A DNA stretch of 64,000 nt from Mizuhopecten yessoensis (GCF_002113885.1 NW_018406672.1:211540-275539), one strand, 5' to 3'. Positions 11,801 to 64,000 are shown, counted from the first letter of the stretch. The notes: a model not told the origin generated them from the letters alone. Made by a program: numbers and translations.

Positions 11801-14800
11801 AAAGAGAACAAGTGTGTAATTAGTCCATTGTTAGATTAGATCAATGTTGAGTACTTGAGACTCCATTCGTCAATAAGGAATGGGTTTAGCTTTCAACTAG
11901 AGGATGGATAGCCTGTCCGAATTGAGTAGGTCCAAATATGCAACGAGGTCGTGTAGACAAATTGTGTGTACATACCATGTTGCTTCTTTATGTTTGTTTT
12001 ATTAAAGCATTTGCTGTTTAAATTATTTGGAAATTGCCTTATCAATTTATGATGACATTGCAAACACATATATGACACTTTATTTATTTCACAATAATTA
12101 TGAAACAAGATATTACAACTTTTGTTCATCACTCTTGTTGGTGAACAAATGCAAACAAATGACTTGTATTACTTTGTCACTTATTTTGTAACAATGCTCT
12201 TTTCCGACAAATTTCATTTAATAAGAGGAAATTAGTTCTAGTTGTAACTCTCAATTACACATGCTATGTTTCATTGCTTTAACCGTTTGATTTGGAGATA
12301 TTCAATTTCAAGCTGGGACAGTTTTAAGTTGCAAATTGATGGGGAATATCTCATAACAACAGATGGGTTATTGATTGCGGTAGGCGGGTGAACAGTTTGT
12401 ACCTGTTGGCCTCGTCGGTGTTCTACTTGATTTGACACGATTGATGCAAAGCAGTTGCGTTATTTAAAATTAAATGACAAATTTCCGAATTACCAATCCA
12501 ACCGAAAGTCATGGGGTTTTTTTTTGTTTGGTCACGTGATTAATTTTTATTCCAGGTAACCTTACCTGTGTGACGACGCTATCTGATTGTTTTTTTTTCT
12601 GATGGATTGTACAAAATTTCTATAATTATTCAATCAAATAAATATCAACGTTTTGACAAAAAATATTCAGCTGTTACGATATTTCATTTCATTACATACT
12701 CTGTACCAATTAGCTTATGTATTGATGTTGTTTATTTCGTCTTTTCGTATTGCAGAGTTATCTGCTATTGTGACCAGATATTGATTGTTACGTCATTTGA
12801 GTGTGAGAGTAACGTGATACAATTTTGAATACCCTATTTTAGCTGTTTTGCATGGGATTGGAACATGAGAAAATATTGTCTTTACGAATGTGATAAACCA
12901 CACATATAACTCTCTAGAATATGTTTTAAGTGAAGATATATACTCGACAAGCTTTATTATATGCAGTCTTTACTGTTACTTTTTAAACAAAGAAACAAAC
13001 ATATTCTACCATGTTGGCGGTTACTTTTTAAACAAAGAAACAAACACATTCTACCATGTTGGCGGTAAAACGTTTTATGTAGGTTAACCTATTCATCCCT
13101 AGGTAACTTGATTAGACACTACCAAATATTCATCTGGATGAGTCCATTAAAGTCTAAAGTGGTGAAAGGGTAAACAACAATTGGGAGAGCTAGTTCATTG
13201 TTTGCGACCTATCAACACATGTCCTGATACACCAACACGGAAACAATACAAACGGAAGTTGCGCGGAAACATATATCAACACTTTACTCAGAAAACTAAA
13301 TAGACGTTGCTATGGTAAAACTAATAGAAAGGAAACGTAACTACAGACAATTAAAACAGTTATAAAGTTACATAGTCCACTATGCCATAGTTGAATCGTT
13401 GTGCATTGATTAACAACTGCTGTGCCACTGAGTCTGAGCAGTTGAAAATTATCGGCATGCATAAAAAACAGCCCAACTTAAAAAATGGGGCTAAATTACA
13501 TCGCCTTACTGCTCAGGTAAAAATGCATTTTGTGACATTTGTCGACAAAGTAGAATAGATATAATCAAGCGATGTCTGTCTGCAAAGTTAAATATATAAG
13601 TTTTTAAGAATCACTCAATTATACATTGTCATGATAATGTAATATCCTACAAATATTCGGAGGACTGCTTTGTCAGACGTAGAACGACTATAAATAGCAA
13701 AACCTTGACCTTAAAAGGCTAACTTTGAATGTCACGTACTGGTATAATATTGACTGTTGCTACAAATTTCGTTTACTGTTGGCATCCAAATGAAAAGGAA
13801 AGAATCCTTACATGTATCTGCAATAATGCCCTCGAGAACAGATTAGGTCTTTGTATACATTTGTAATGTAACAAACAACTCAAGAGTTGATTTGAACTAT
13901 GCACTAGGAATACGACTTTGTTTTCAACCGATCCTTCTAGGTCCTGATTTTATCGATGATCAGTCATGCCCTTTGATTCTGTTTTATTTGCTTAAACAGG
14001 TGAATTGCATGTAATGTGATTATCATAGTCCGATCATACATTTCAAACGGTGGGAAAATTCGTAAGAGGTTTGTTTGTTCAATTAGACACACTTCTGCCT
14101 CTCTTGAAACAAAGAAACGAAACAGATACATATCCAGAATATTGCCATAGCCACAATCATCTCATTTCGAGGCAAACATGGCTTTCACTAGCTAGTAAAA
14201 GAGAAATTAATTCTGCATTACCTGGGTACAGTGTATTTTCATGATTTTAAGATAATATATCATTTCATAGCATTCAGTTGTGTCGTTAAAACGATTGACA
14301 TGCTACAGTTATCATAACCTATTTTTAGGCAAATAAGAGCCTGTTAAAGGTCATATTGTTGACAATGTTAACCTCGCTATGGAACATTTTACAGCTTCCT
14401 TACATTCACATTACATATTTGAATTTCACCAATTTTTAACTGGGGCCTTTAATTATGACATAGCTGTGGGTTGAAACTTTGGTGTGTTATTGCATCTTTT
14501 AGGGTACTTGTTGAACCTTAAAGCGAGGATGAATAACTGAAATAAAAGATTACAAAACACCATAGACATCTCCTATTTTATACAGCACTGTGTTAGGAAC
14601 ACAGTCTTCACATACGTTTTATATCTTCATATAGTTCATATAGCGATGACGCCGATTGAAAGCTGTGAGCTTCTTGTGGCGCGTTTGAATATATGTTAAA
14701 ATACTTATTAAAAACACTTTTCACTTCCGCTGCGTATAGATAGACCTACTAATGTCAGGAGCTTGCGCGGAATTTTGTTGGGTGATCCGACCAGTATTTA

Positions 14801-16379
14801 CTCAGTAGTCCTCATACATCTGAGTTTACGTGGGCATATTGATCTCGTGGTAACCTTACCTTTTGATTACACGTTTTAGGTCTCATCGTATTAATCTGTT
14901 TATTCAAATTGATTTGATTTCAAGCTGGGAATCGTAGAAATAGGGAATTAATTCATGAACACTGTCAATAATAGATGCACATTGATTATTATTGGATAAA
15001 CTGATAGTTTGCACGCTGTGACTTTCTATATGATTTAAATCCCAACCAGAATAAGGAACGCTGATGGTCTGCTTATCTCTGGTGTCCAACGGTATTTGTA
15101 CGTGAACTTTTAGATGGCAGAGTGCAACTGTATCTTTTCGAACACGTCACGATAATGTTTATTTATATATTCTACGGTAAATATAGCTACGTGAAAACGT
15201 CACAGGGCTGTCTACTTAGCTGATATAGAGCAACATTTACACTGGGTTAACGTCAGACTGACGTGTATTTAGATGTTCTACGGTACCTTTACCGTTGAAT
15301 ATCAAAATACACGTCTTTCTGACGTTTCGGCATTGTCACTGTTACTCGAAGTAAGCGAAATAGACATGTATGTGATTTTTACATAATATTCTAAAGTTAC
15401 ATAGATATCTCTCAATCTATAGATTACCTATTGTAACTGAACCTACCTAATGTGACAATATGTATCATAGTGTAAACGTCATTTTGACGTTTTTTATTTG
15501 TCATCAACATTTGTATTTTTTAAATAACGTAAAATCAAGTAAATATAGCCATAATTCGAACGATGTGTTCTGTAAGGTAAAGCGCGTCTTTCCTTCATTG
15601 TCAACGGGTTAAATCCAATAACGCTTTTATGTAACAATCTGTATTTACTGTACAGGACACTTTGCAGCATTATTTACTGAATAATATCCTACCTTGTATA
15701 TATCACATTTCAACAAAGCATCTACGAAATGGAATTTAAATGTATTTCGCTATAAGTACAGGTATTATTGATTTTAAGTGAAACGAATTATTAAAATAAA
15801 AAATAAATGTTTCTTCAAAAACAGTTTTCACAAAAAACAAGAAATTACTTAATCTTCAACGATTATTGCCGCCGCATATTCTGAAATTGTATAAACACAC
15901 AAAAAATGATTCCTTCTATTCTTAAAAAAATGAAAATTATAGTGGTTTCTTCAATGAATGCATATAACCATTTTTGAAATATTTAGTTTTTGTTTTAGAG
16001 CCTTTAAATTTGACGTACCGATGTCCATCCGAAAGTAGAGAGCAGTACTGTCAGACACTGGAGTATGCAGCTTCCGAAGAGTCCTGTCAAACAGCTGGCA
16101 TTTGGTACCGGGAGCCACGCCACTGGAAATAAATCCTCTGCAACCGGAAGTAGCAAAACACCTTATGCCGCATTCCAGATTTGATCTCGTTGCAATTTCG
16201 ACCAAAAGACCGGAACTTAAAGCAGATCCTTCTACTTCTTGTGCCACTTGTAAGTTTTTTGTGAAGGAGTTGTACGAGGTGTCTGCATTTGCTGCACATA
16301 ACAGAACTGTCAAATACAGCACGACGGTCCACGCAGGCAGCTGGCATTGTACTTTCACACACGGAAAGAGTACAGCCAT
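8625..16379 (-). CDS. Secreted PAN/Apple-domain + C-type lectin protein, join(complement 16019-16379, 9529-9690, 8625-8845); 247 aa
   Basis: Three phase-1-compatible exons total 744 nt. Signal peptide (..WTVVLYLTVLLCAANA), PAN-like C-x3-C-x5-C-x2-F...CQL pattern, then a CTLD (CP..F...CF...MTWTQAMTSCQQEGGYL...WIWPDGS...YTNW...C...WTDIDC...SVCEI). An extra small exon in the 6.3-kb intron cannot be excluded. Confidence 0.87.
9529..9690 (-). CDS. PAN-CTL gene exon 2 (CTLD N-terminal half)
   Basis: ttgtag acceptor; VNCPLSFTNYSGMCFKEYTTPMTWTQAMTSCQQEGGYL; G|GTAAGT donor. Confidence 0.92.
12975..13064. repeat. 45-bp tandem duplication
   Basis: gttactttttaaacaaagaaacaaacaYattctaccatgttggcg x2, 1 mismatch. 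Confidence 0.9.
16019..16379 (-). CDS. PAN-CTL gene exon 1 (signal peptide + PAN/Apple-like domain)
   Basis: ATG at 16379; ECGIRCFATSGCRGF...CQLFDR; donor G|GTACGT. Confidence 0.88.
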
Positions 16380-16422
16380 GCTGGTGATTATTTTCCTATT
16401 TTTAATCAGGTGTAAGATTTGG

Positions 16423-16429
16423 TTATATA
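16423..16429 (-). promoter_or_regulatory. TATA box candidate (TATATAA) of the PAN-CTL gene
   Basis: Ends 44 nt upstream of the ATG at 16379. Confidence 0.5.
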
Positions 16430-18864
16430 CGAGTATATCAATGGAAGTAGTTGACCCTATGGAACTGTGAAGTGATGTTTTCACGATCAAAATGTCTACA
16501 CTTCCAGTTCCATATACGATATACTTCCTAAACAAGTAGTTTTGTAGATACCACAGTTTCGCCAATACTTAAGAGAAGGCGGCATGCATTGCTCGATTCT
16601 GACGCTAACATACTGATCCAATTCGGAGTCTTATTTATGACTTGTAATTGCCTATATTGAATTTCAGACACGTACAAATAAAATCAAATAGCCTTCCTGA
16701 GAACTACAGTCCTTGGTGGGTGGAGCAACTAGTTAGATAGGATATTTATGTTCAAAATGTAGTCATTTCTATAGACTCAGAACGATTGGCAGGTTCAATG
16801 GAGGCGCTATCAATTGAAAAGATAATCCTACCAAATGTACTTCAGTTTGTCCAGATCGGGCATTGGAAACCTTTTCCGTTTTGGTGTCTTTGAGTATTCA
16901 TAGGATAAGTCTATTATGCTACGTGATTGATCGCCAATTCACTGCGCGATTGAATAAAAATTACTACTTCCGGTAAGAGATTAACTGAAATTACTCATTC
17001 CGGCGATTATCGTATACAACACCTAGAACACTGGATACGATAGTGGACCAATAACAGGAATAGCGTGATTAGCATCATAAGTTAATTGTGGTATTGGATA
17101 GGCCTCTTATCGTCATTAAAGTTGACAAATCTAATTGCCTGTCTATAACACAACCACGCAGAAACGTATCTTTACGTCGGTGTAAGGACCGAGCAACTTG
17201 TGTTTGGTGACTTCCTGTATCGGCGACAGTATTAAGGTGATAGCACAATCGTCTGGGCACGACTCTAGAATGACGTAAGCGTTAGAAAAAACAACTGGAA
17301 AAAGAAAAGAAAATTCAAACGTCTGGATATCAACTTTTAAAACAATTGATTAATATCTATACAACAATGTTTAAGAACAAAGTGTGTCACGGCTTTGGAG
17401 TCTAGCAATAAAATTAATGACTTATGTGTCAGACTTTGGCCAGTACTGTTTGATTTAAATTGGTGATGCCTTCGTGTTTGTTAAACACTAACATTCGCTG
17501 CAATCAACCATGTTGCAATTCATTCATATTATCCAGTATGAATAAACTTTTTTTTCCGCTTACGATTTTCTTTCAATGCAATAATGATTAACGTGTATCT
17601 GAGGGTTTGTACTATTGCCAATAATCAGGCTTACTCGTGAGAACAATTACCATTCGCAATATAATTTTGCATAAATGTGCAGCGTTCGTGCATAATCTGC
17701 AGTTCCAAAACCGGAAAAGCAATACGATAGCCTATATTAAAGTACAGGTACTAAAATGGAACCTTAAATAAACGGTTTCTTGCTGTAAAGATTCAAAACC
17801 GCAGTATCACTTTCGTCCATGTTGTCAAAATGAAATGACTAAGTAGTACATGTTTCAAGGTATATTTATTAACATACGTGATTTAAAAAAAATGTATTGT
17901 CTCTTCAACAGGTAGCTTTGTCAGTAGTAATTGTGAAAGAAAATAATATCGAGATGTAAACAAAATTGTTACGTGACACTGAAATCGATGAAAACATGAC
18001 TTGATATGAACAAAGAAAAGATTTTCTAACAAAACCGCTGAAAGTCCGTGAAACATAAAAATGGATAATAAAACTAGATGTTCCGGAGGAATAAGCGTCT
18101 TCTGACGTATTGACGACACCCGTTATAACTGTTTCGCATTCGGATAATTGTCTTCAAGTAACATAATCGATTGAGGTGGATTTACATCACGTGTGTTGAT
18201 GTGAAGATTATTAACTGTTTTGTAGACGTAGACATCTCAGAATACTAGGGAGTATGGTTTCAGCCACAGTAAACCACAACATGTGTATTCACTATTCATA
18301 AAGGAAAGATAGACAGCTCATCATTTGTTCCGTATAACATGAAAAATGCATTCGTGGTTTTGCGTGGTTGCCAAGGAACCACGAAAATAAAAATATTATT
18401 TTATCGATAGCCTTGATTTGTTTGTGTTTTATCGGGTATCAACAAAAGTTTTGTTCTACAAAACGATTTAGATGACTTGAAACCATTTTATAAACTATGA
18501 TAACAAATGTAAAGTCAAAAGGCTTTATGATGTCATAATGTACTTAGTTGCTATGGTGACGTCATTTTTTTCTGTGATTTTGCCTAGTTTGGTAGCGTGT
18601 AAGTACAAATTGTTTGTAAATAAAGGCGGGCGCTATGAAAGTAAAACGCCCTCTAATCGTGTACTGCAAGCACACGACAGATATCGTGCGAGCCAACGAT
18701 GCAAAGAAACTGAAGATATATATACACAAAACTGTATTGTCATCTAGAAAGAACATTAGGACGAAATTATGAATACGTTTTGAGAAGGCCTCTGTTAGAG
18801 CAATAATTAATAGACAATACGTATATATTTGATAGAACACCAGACATTATTATCGAAAACATAA

Positions 18865-18870
18865 TTTATT
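18865..18870 (-). terminator. Candidate polyadenylation signal (AATAAA) of the Delta-like gene
   Basis: tttatt on + strand about 510 nt past the stop, followed on the minus strand by GT-rich sequence. Another AATAAA lies near 19292. Confidence 0.45.
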
Positions 18871-19379
18871 CACAAATATAATCCAACAATAGAAATAACA
18901 TTATAAATAAAACAATTATATTTCTGAAAATAACATGGCATCAACCCAGCTTGAACAGTAGTAAACCTGATCGATTATTAATATTTCGCTCAGTGTCATC
19001 GACAATGAAATCGGTATCATTAAGACTTTAGTTATGTTTGTATACAATACATGTATTTGGATTTTAATTTACCTGTCACAATGCTATGTGGAATTAAAGT
19101 GAAACTTACACGTGTTCATACTGTTTTACAGTACCCAAGGTATAATCTGGTGTATTTCTAACAAAATTGAACAAAAAATACATCTACCAACGCTCTATGC
19201 AAATATAAATTCGTCAGAATCTGAATCTAATTGAAGACACAGAAATGCCTCTTTTAAAGTTTTTTAATATAACTTCAAAAAATGTTACTTTTTTATTTCA
19301 CTTAAAAACATTCTTTCGGTTTGTCTTCTTTACGTATAATGATAGAAGTAGTACACGGTTTAGTCTTAATTAAATGGTT

Positions 19380-58118
<38,739 letters not shown>

Positions 58119-58250
58119 CTGCGGAAGAATATAAAACAAGTGATGGGAATTAATCCGACATCCTGCGTTAGCCAGACCTGCTCACCACTCGATAACTGAT
58201 AGACAAATAGTTCGTCTGAAGTACGGCCTTAAAATATACATCGACTCTTC

Positions 58251-58262
58251 AGTCACGTGACT
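58251..58262. promoter_or_regulatory. Palindromic E-box AGTCACGTGACT upstream of the Delta-like ATG
   Basis: Perfect 12-bp palindrome about 135 nt upstream of the ATG; an Inr-like TCAGTT lies at 58199-58194 on the minus strand. Confidence 0.4.
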
Positions 58263-59179
58263 CCAAGTTTTCTGTTTTAAACATTGAGATACTTTCATTC
58301 ATCAGATGCTGCTCAATAAATGATTATCATACAGAGCCGGGGTCTAGTCGCTCAGTGCTGTGCTATTAACTTTGGGATTACACCTAATCTGCCTCTACCA
58401 CCTAGAACGTTGAGATATGTTCAGGGTTACGCTCTAACAGATCTTGACATATCGTCCGGTAATCATTTTCAGAGATACCATTGACTGTTGACAATTAAGT
58501 GATTACATCTCGTCAGAATATGGCGGGGAGGGGAGGTTTAAATCCCCACTGATATAAACAATGACATATAGTATTATTATACCCCGGCTGTAGCCAATCA
58601 TAACTCCACCCACTGCCCTGCATTTGTAATGCTATGGCGCACCTTTAAAACGGCAACGACGAATCACTTTATACTGAGTAGTACAGACTCCACGTAGATG
58701 ATTCCGTGTGAACAGTATTATTGCTGTTTAGAGTAAATATAAGCATATATTTATGATAAGTAATGTAAGAAAAAACAAATATTGACCTCGGTGATATTTT
58801 ATATTTACCATATCTATAATTACGTTATCATATTCAAATTCAAAGTTATCACAAAATGTAATGTATTCATCCTGTTTCGATTAAATAGATAGAAATAGAT
58901 TCATGAATTCTTACGCGTTAAAATACATTCAATATGGACTATGAACGTGTGCAATTAATTATCTTGGGGTATAGATTGTTGCATATATCAAACACTGCAA
59001 CATTCCAATATTGTTTTAGCAGTACATATACGTCTTAGACTTTATAACTTAATCCCGAATTCGAGATGACCAGGCGTGAAGCAATTACAGCTCCTTAGTG
59101 AAGTCATTGTGAACCAAGTGTCATCACTCCTTCACACACTTGTGGTGAGGACCACAGCAGGTCGCGAACACACCTATTG

Positions 59180-60840
59180 TGTCACAGCACGTGTGTGTCT
59201 TGTGTCTCTAAGCACGGGAACGGCTAATATCTCATAAAAGTGCACATCTAGCTATAGTGATTCACAGCACGTTTGCGTATATAGTCTCATAACATGTGAT
59301 CGGCTTGTGTCTTATAACGCGTGTTCAGGTAGTATCTCATAGCACGTGTTCGTCTTGTGTCTTATAACACGTGTTCAGGTAGGATCTCATAACACGTGAT
59401 CGTCTTGTGTCTCATATCACGTGTTCAGGTAGTATCTCATAGCACGTGTTCGTCTTGTGTCTTATAACACGTGTTCAGGTAGTATCTCATAACACGTGAT
59501 CGTCTTGTGTCTCATAACACGTGTTCAGGTAGTATCTCATAGCACGTGATCGTCTTGTGTCTTATAACACGTGTTCAGGTAGTATCTCATAGCACGTGTT
59601 CGTCTTGTGTCTCATAACACGTTTTCGGGTAGTATTTCATAGCACGTGTTCGTCTTGTGTCTCTTAACACTTTTTCGGGTAGTATCTCATAGCATGTGAT
59701 CATCTTGTGTCTCATAACACGTTTTCGGGTAGTATCTCATAGCACGTGTTCGTCTTGTGTCTCTTAACACGTTTTCGGGTAGCATCTCATAGCATGTGAT
59801 CGTCTTGTGTCTCATAACACGTATTCAGGTAGTATCTCATAGCATGTGTTCGTCTTGTGTCTCATAACACGTGTTCGTTTTGTGTCTCATAACACGTTTT
59901 CGGGTAGTATATCATAGCACGTGTTCGTCTTGTGTCTCATCAAACGTGTTCAGGTAGTATCTCATAGCACGTGTTCGTCTTGTGTCTCTTAACACGTTTT
60001 CGGGTAGTATCTCATAGCATGTGATCGTCTTGTGTCTCATAACACGTGTTCGTTTTGTGTCTCATAACACGTTTTCGGGTAGTATCTCATAGCACGTGAT
60101 CGTCTTGTGTCTCATAACACGTATTCAGGTAGTATCTCATAGCACGTGTTCGTCTTGTGTCTCATAAAACGTGTTCAGGTAGTATCTCATAGCACGTGTT
60201 CGTCTTGTGTCTCTTAACACGTTTTCGGGTAGCATCTCATAGCATGTGATCGTCTTGTGTCTCATAACACGTGTTCGTCTTGTTTCTCATAACACGTGTT
60301 CAGGTAGTATATCATAGCACGTGGTCGTCTTGTGTCTCATAACACGTGTTCGTCTTGTGTCTCATAACACGTGTTCAGGTAGTATATCATAGCACGTGTT
60401 CGTCTTGTGTCTCACAACACGTGTTCGGTTAGTATCTCACGGCACGTGTTCGTCTTGTGTCTCATAGCACGTGTTCGTCTTGTGTATCATAACACGTCCT
60501 CGGTTAGTATCTCAGAGCATGTACACGTCTCGTGTCTCATATCACGTTTCCGGTTAGTATCTCCTAGCACGTGCTCGTCTTGTATCTCATAACATGTGTT
60601 CGTTTTGTGTCTAATAACACGTGTTCGGTTAGTATACCACAGCCTGTGTTCGTCTGGTGTCTCACGACACGTGTTCGATTAGTATCTCATGCATGTAACA
60701 AAACGTATTCGTCTTGTGTCTCATAACATGTGTTCGTCTTGTGTCTCATAACACGTGTTCGGTAAATATCTGATAAGACGCGTTCGTCTTGTGTCTCATA
60801 ACATGTGTTCGTGTACGTCGTGTGTCTCAAAGCACGTGTA
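59180..60840. repeat. 20-bp-monomer / 40-bp-dimer satellite rich in CACGTG
   Basis: Alternating ctcataacacgtgttcaggtagtat and ctcatagcacgtgttcgtcttgtgt units. Confidence 0.96.
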
Positions 60841-63800
60841 CATTAAGTTTCTTGCATCGTGTCCATGTTTTGTATGATACAGCGTTCCATAGACTTAGTG
60901 TGGTACTTGCATGCTACTTGCGTATCACCACGTATGCACATATTACAATGTACATTTGTACAAAACAGTTTGACACGCGCAAGGCCCATATTCCTGGACA
61001 ATTGCATAAGCATCTATAAACCAAACAATCCAGTCTCTAATTACACAACATGCAATGCTTAATTCCAATATTTTTTAATATATTTATATTTATTCTAGAA
61101 TGTTAATGCATGTCGTTCTTAAAAACTTAAAAACGTCCAGCTTATATGTTGGAATGAGACATTAAGGTGCTAGTTCTGTGGGACTTAAGTGTTCGGACAC
61201 ACAGCTATGCTATGATAGTACGACATTATTTGTCACATATTCATAATATCCTTTTATGCTACACGGTCATAAAATATTATGAAGTTATTCAGATTCTTCG
61301 ATATTACCAATATGTTGTACAGTATACATGGCTACATCTACCTCGCAGCTCCTCGCGTCTGAATAGAAGAATTGTAACCAGGATTAATAAGCGAAACACA
61401 AGATCCATTATCTTAATTCAGTATCTTTTATCTTATTACAACATAAGGCATAGTAACCACGCATGCGTGTAAGCGATATTTGTTGACACTAGGATCTGCC
61501 TCAGTTTTGAGTCTCTGAAGTTTTAACCAAGTAGAAATCACGAACTCGACCTCGTGCTACATTTTACTTATCGATTACATACATACGATCTACCAATCAT
61601 CGATGCATTATATACACAGCATTACAAATATAACCAGCGCAGTCCAGGAACGAAAAGTGCGCACTAGAAAAACGCAAGCATGGGTAATTATTACGTCGAT
61701 CTACAAAAAGTATGCATACCGCGAGCGACAACACATCAGGGGTTCTTCCTCATTCCTCTGAATCTACCAAGTCTAACGGCGATATGATTTATCGAATGCA
61801 GATCATGAAAAATTTCAAACTTAATTTTCCTACTTTTATCTCGACACTAGAGATACAACAGTTATATGATTGTATGATTGACTGGTACTGTGCATGAGCA
61901 CACTGTTACTTGTGTGTTACGGTTGATCCCGTGATAACGGGGCAGCGATTGGCCTTATCATCATACCGATAAGTCTGACCTCCCAAACCACCTTGCCAAT
62001 GCACGCGTAATTCACGCGCATTACAGGTCAAACGGCCGAGCGCGATAACTGCTATGGTGTTGTAGTTATGACGTCATCAGCACATGGTGTTTGGATTATA
62101 TGATTATTACGTGTTTCTATACACATTTTCAGATATTCTTTTTCTTACTATAATATTTTGGTAAGGGGGGGGGGGGGGGAGGTAAAGAATGGGAAGGCTA
62201 TGGGAAGAAGGCTGTTAGCAGCTACTGTTGTGAACACATTATCAGTTTTCTTTATCTAAAGATGCGACATAATGGTTATTACTCGTTATACGTAGCATCA
62301 AATTTCTATCAGAAGCGGTTTATTCGCAATATGAATGCCCACTACATCACAGTGACTGGAACCGCGTTACACGTGTAGCAGGTCGTGTTTTTTTTTAATT
62401 TTCTGTAATAGTGTGGGCATGCATACTGCACATGAACACTATCTAAATGAGATTACTGCGTCACGTCTTTTTGTTATATTTAAGAATTAATAACGCCATT
62501 AAAACACATATTTCAAATATTTTAAATATTTCACTTTTGAAACCGATGGGTCGAAAGACTCAAAATTATAAAGAACTGGAAAAGGCATCTAAAATGCAGT
62601 GAATAGGTATGCGTTTGTTTATCGTCTTAGTACTTGCTCGTACCATCACGTGCTGTGATCACGTTCGATATATTATATTCATTGTAAGCGGAAACGCTCT
62701 ATTGACACAAAGTATTGGATGAAGAACCAAGTTCTTTATGGATTTAAAAAACAATGTTCAGGATTTGTGCTTTTATTCATGTATTGTATATTATATGTAA
62801 AACAGGAAATGTTCGTGGGTACTTTCCGTCGTAGTTTGAAGTCATTTAGATCGATTCGTGGTATAAACTTTCGTGGATATCCTATATTAACAAACAGTAG
62901 ACACGTATATCATTTATATTCGTTGCATATATTTTCTTGGTCCCATAGCAACCACGAAAACCACGAATGTTCATTTCATGGTATACAGTATTGGAATTAT
63001 AGATTGCTTTGTGTCCTGAGCATTAGCTTGTTGCATGGTAGAGAGGGGGAAATTACAAAAATGACATTTTTTTTTTTTACATTTACGCTGACCTGAAGCA
63101 AGGAAATGGTGGGTGGTACATGTTAACGATTATATTTTTGATCAGCGTTATACATAAGTGTATGGTGACGATCAAGACCCTCGTAGCCTCTGGAGTATCG
63201 AGGATACGACAAAGACGAAAGTGAATGTTGTTTCATCAAACAAAAACCGAAAGCAGAAATCGATTACGATATTTATGTCATTTATGTCATGCAAAATTGC
63301 GAGTTCTGTATTTATTGTAAAGTTTTATCGCGCAAGGTGTACGAATACAAAGAGCGCTTCGTTTTTTGTTCAACCCTTTACATCCGCTACTGCTAAAGTC
63401 CTGAAGCGCCATCTATGTTCTGTTTACTGCACATACTACAAAACCCCTAAGTCTGTTCCTAATCACTAGAAGTCTGTGATCAGACATGATCTGAGACTAT
63501 TATGTTATAAAAAACAGTCAACATGAACCTTCGTTATCGCAACGTAAGGCCAACAATAAGGTTCAGAGATTAAGCACATCTTGACAGGTTAATGTCTTAA
63601 AAAATGGCGGATTTTATTGGCTCTCTTGGTGGGTCTTCAAAGATTTATGTCAGTGGTTTAAAGAATAGTTAGCCGATATAAATCTACACGGAAGTAGCCT
63701 ATTAAATAGAACATAGATATGGTACACAAATGACAGTATTCACATCATGTTAAGTATATGCTTATCATCGGCAAACCAATTTTCTATGTTAATGCGGAAA

Positions 63801-64000
63801 GAAAAGTTATATCTATGAAGTGAAAATGTCTGCACCAATAAATAGATATCAGAAAAATGGAACAAAGAATTAAACCAAAAAAAAAACGTGAAAAAAAATG
63901 AAATACAGTTTCTATACACACAAATGATAGTGTATTATTAGACGATACAAAAACTGTGTTCGTCAGGCAAATTTTCACTGACAACAAAAAAAAACACCTT

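Noticed and set aside
16380-16565. N-terminal extension of ORF 15951-16565
   Set aside because: It starts at a non-ATG codon and contains the TATA-like box. The ATG at 16379 gives a signal peptide and matches the paralog's geometry.

Overview
AT-rich, intron-containing animal genomic DNA. The repeat content resembles a bivalve mollusc, but that is inference only. All host genes are on the minus strand. (1) A complete 9-coding-exon Delta-type Notch ligand gene (58118->19380; 1818 nt CDS, 605 aa) with signal peptide, MNNL/C2, DSL and 9 EGF repeats. It ends in a GPI-signal-like hydrophobic tail and has no intracellular domain. (2) A complete 3-exon secreted PAN/Apple + C-type lectin gene (16379->8625; 247 aa), plus the first exon of a tandem paralog (624->300) that runs off the left edge. 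(3) A 1751-bp internally deleted TTAA-flanked Kolobok-like DNA transposon (6418-8168) with a THAP ORF and a convergent P2X7-ballast-like (KolX-like) first exon, and mirror-placed CRE-containing subterminal repeats. The rest is SINEs, MITEs, hairpins and several minisatellites, including a 20-bp-phased array with about 35 CACGTG E-boxes just upstream of the Delta-like start codon. I assembled the exon structures by hand from GT/AG sites and phase compatibility; no database searches were run.
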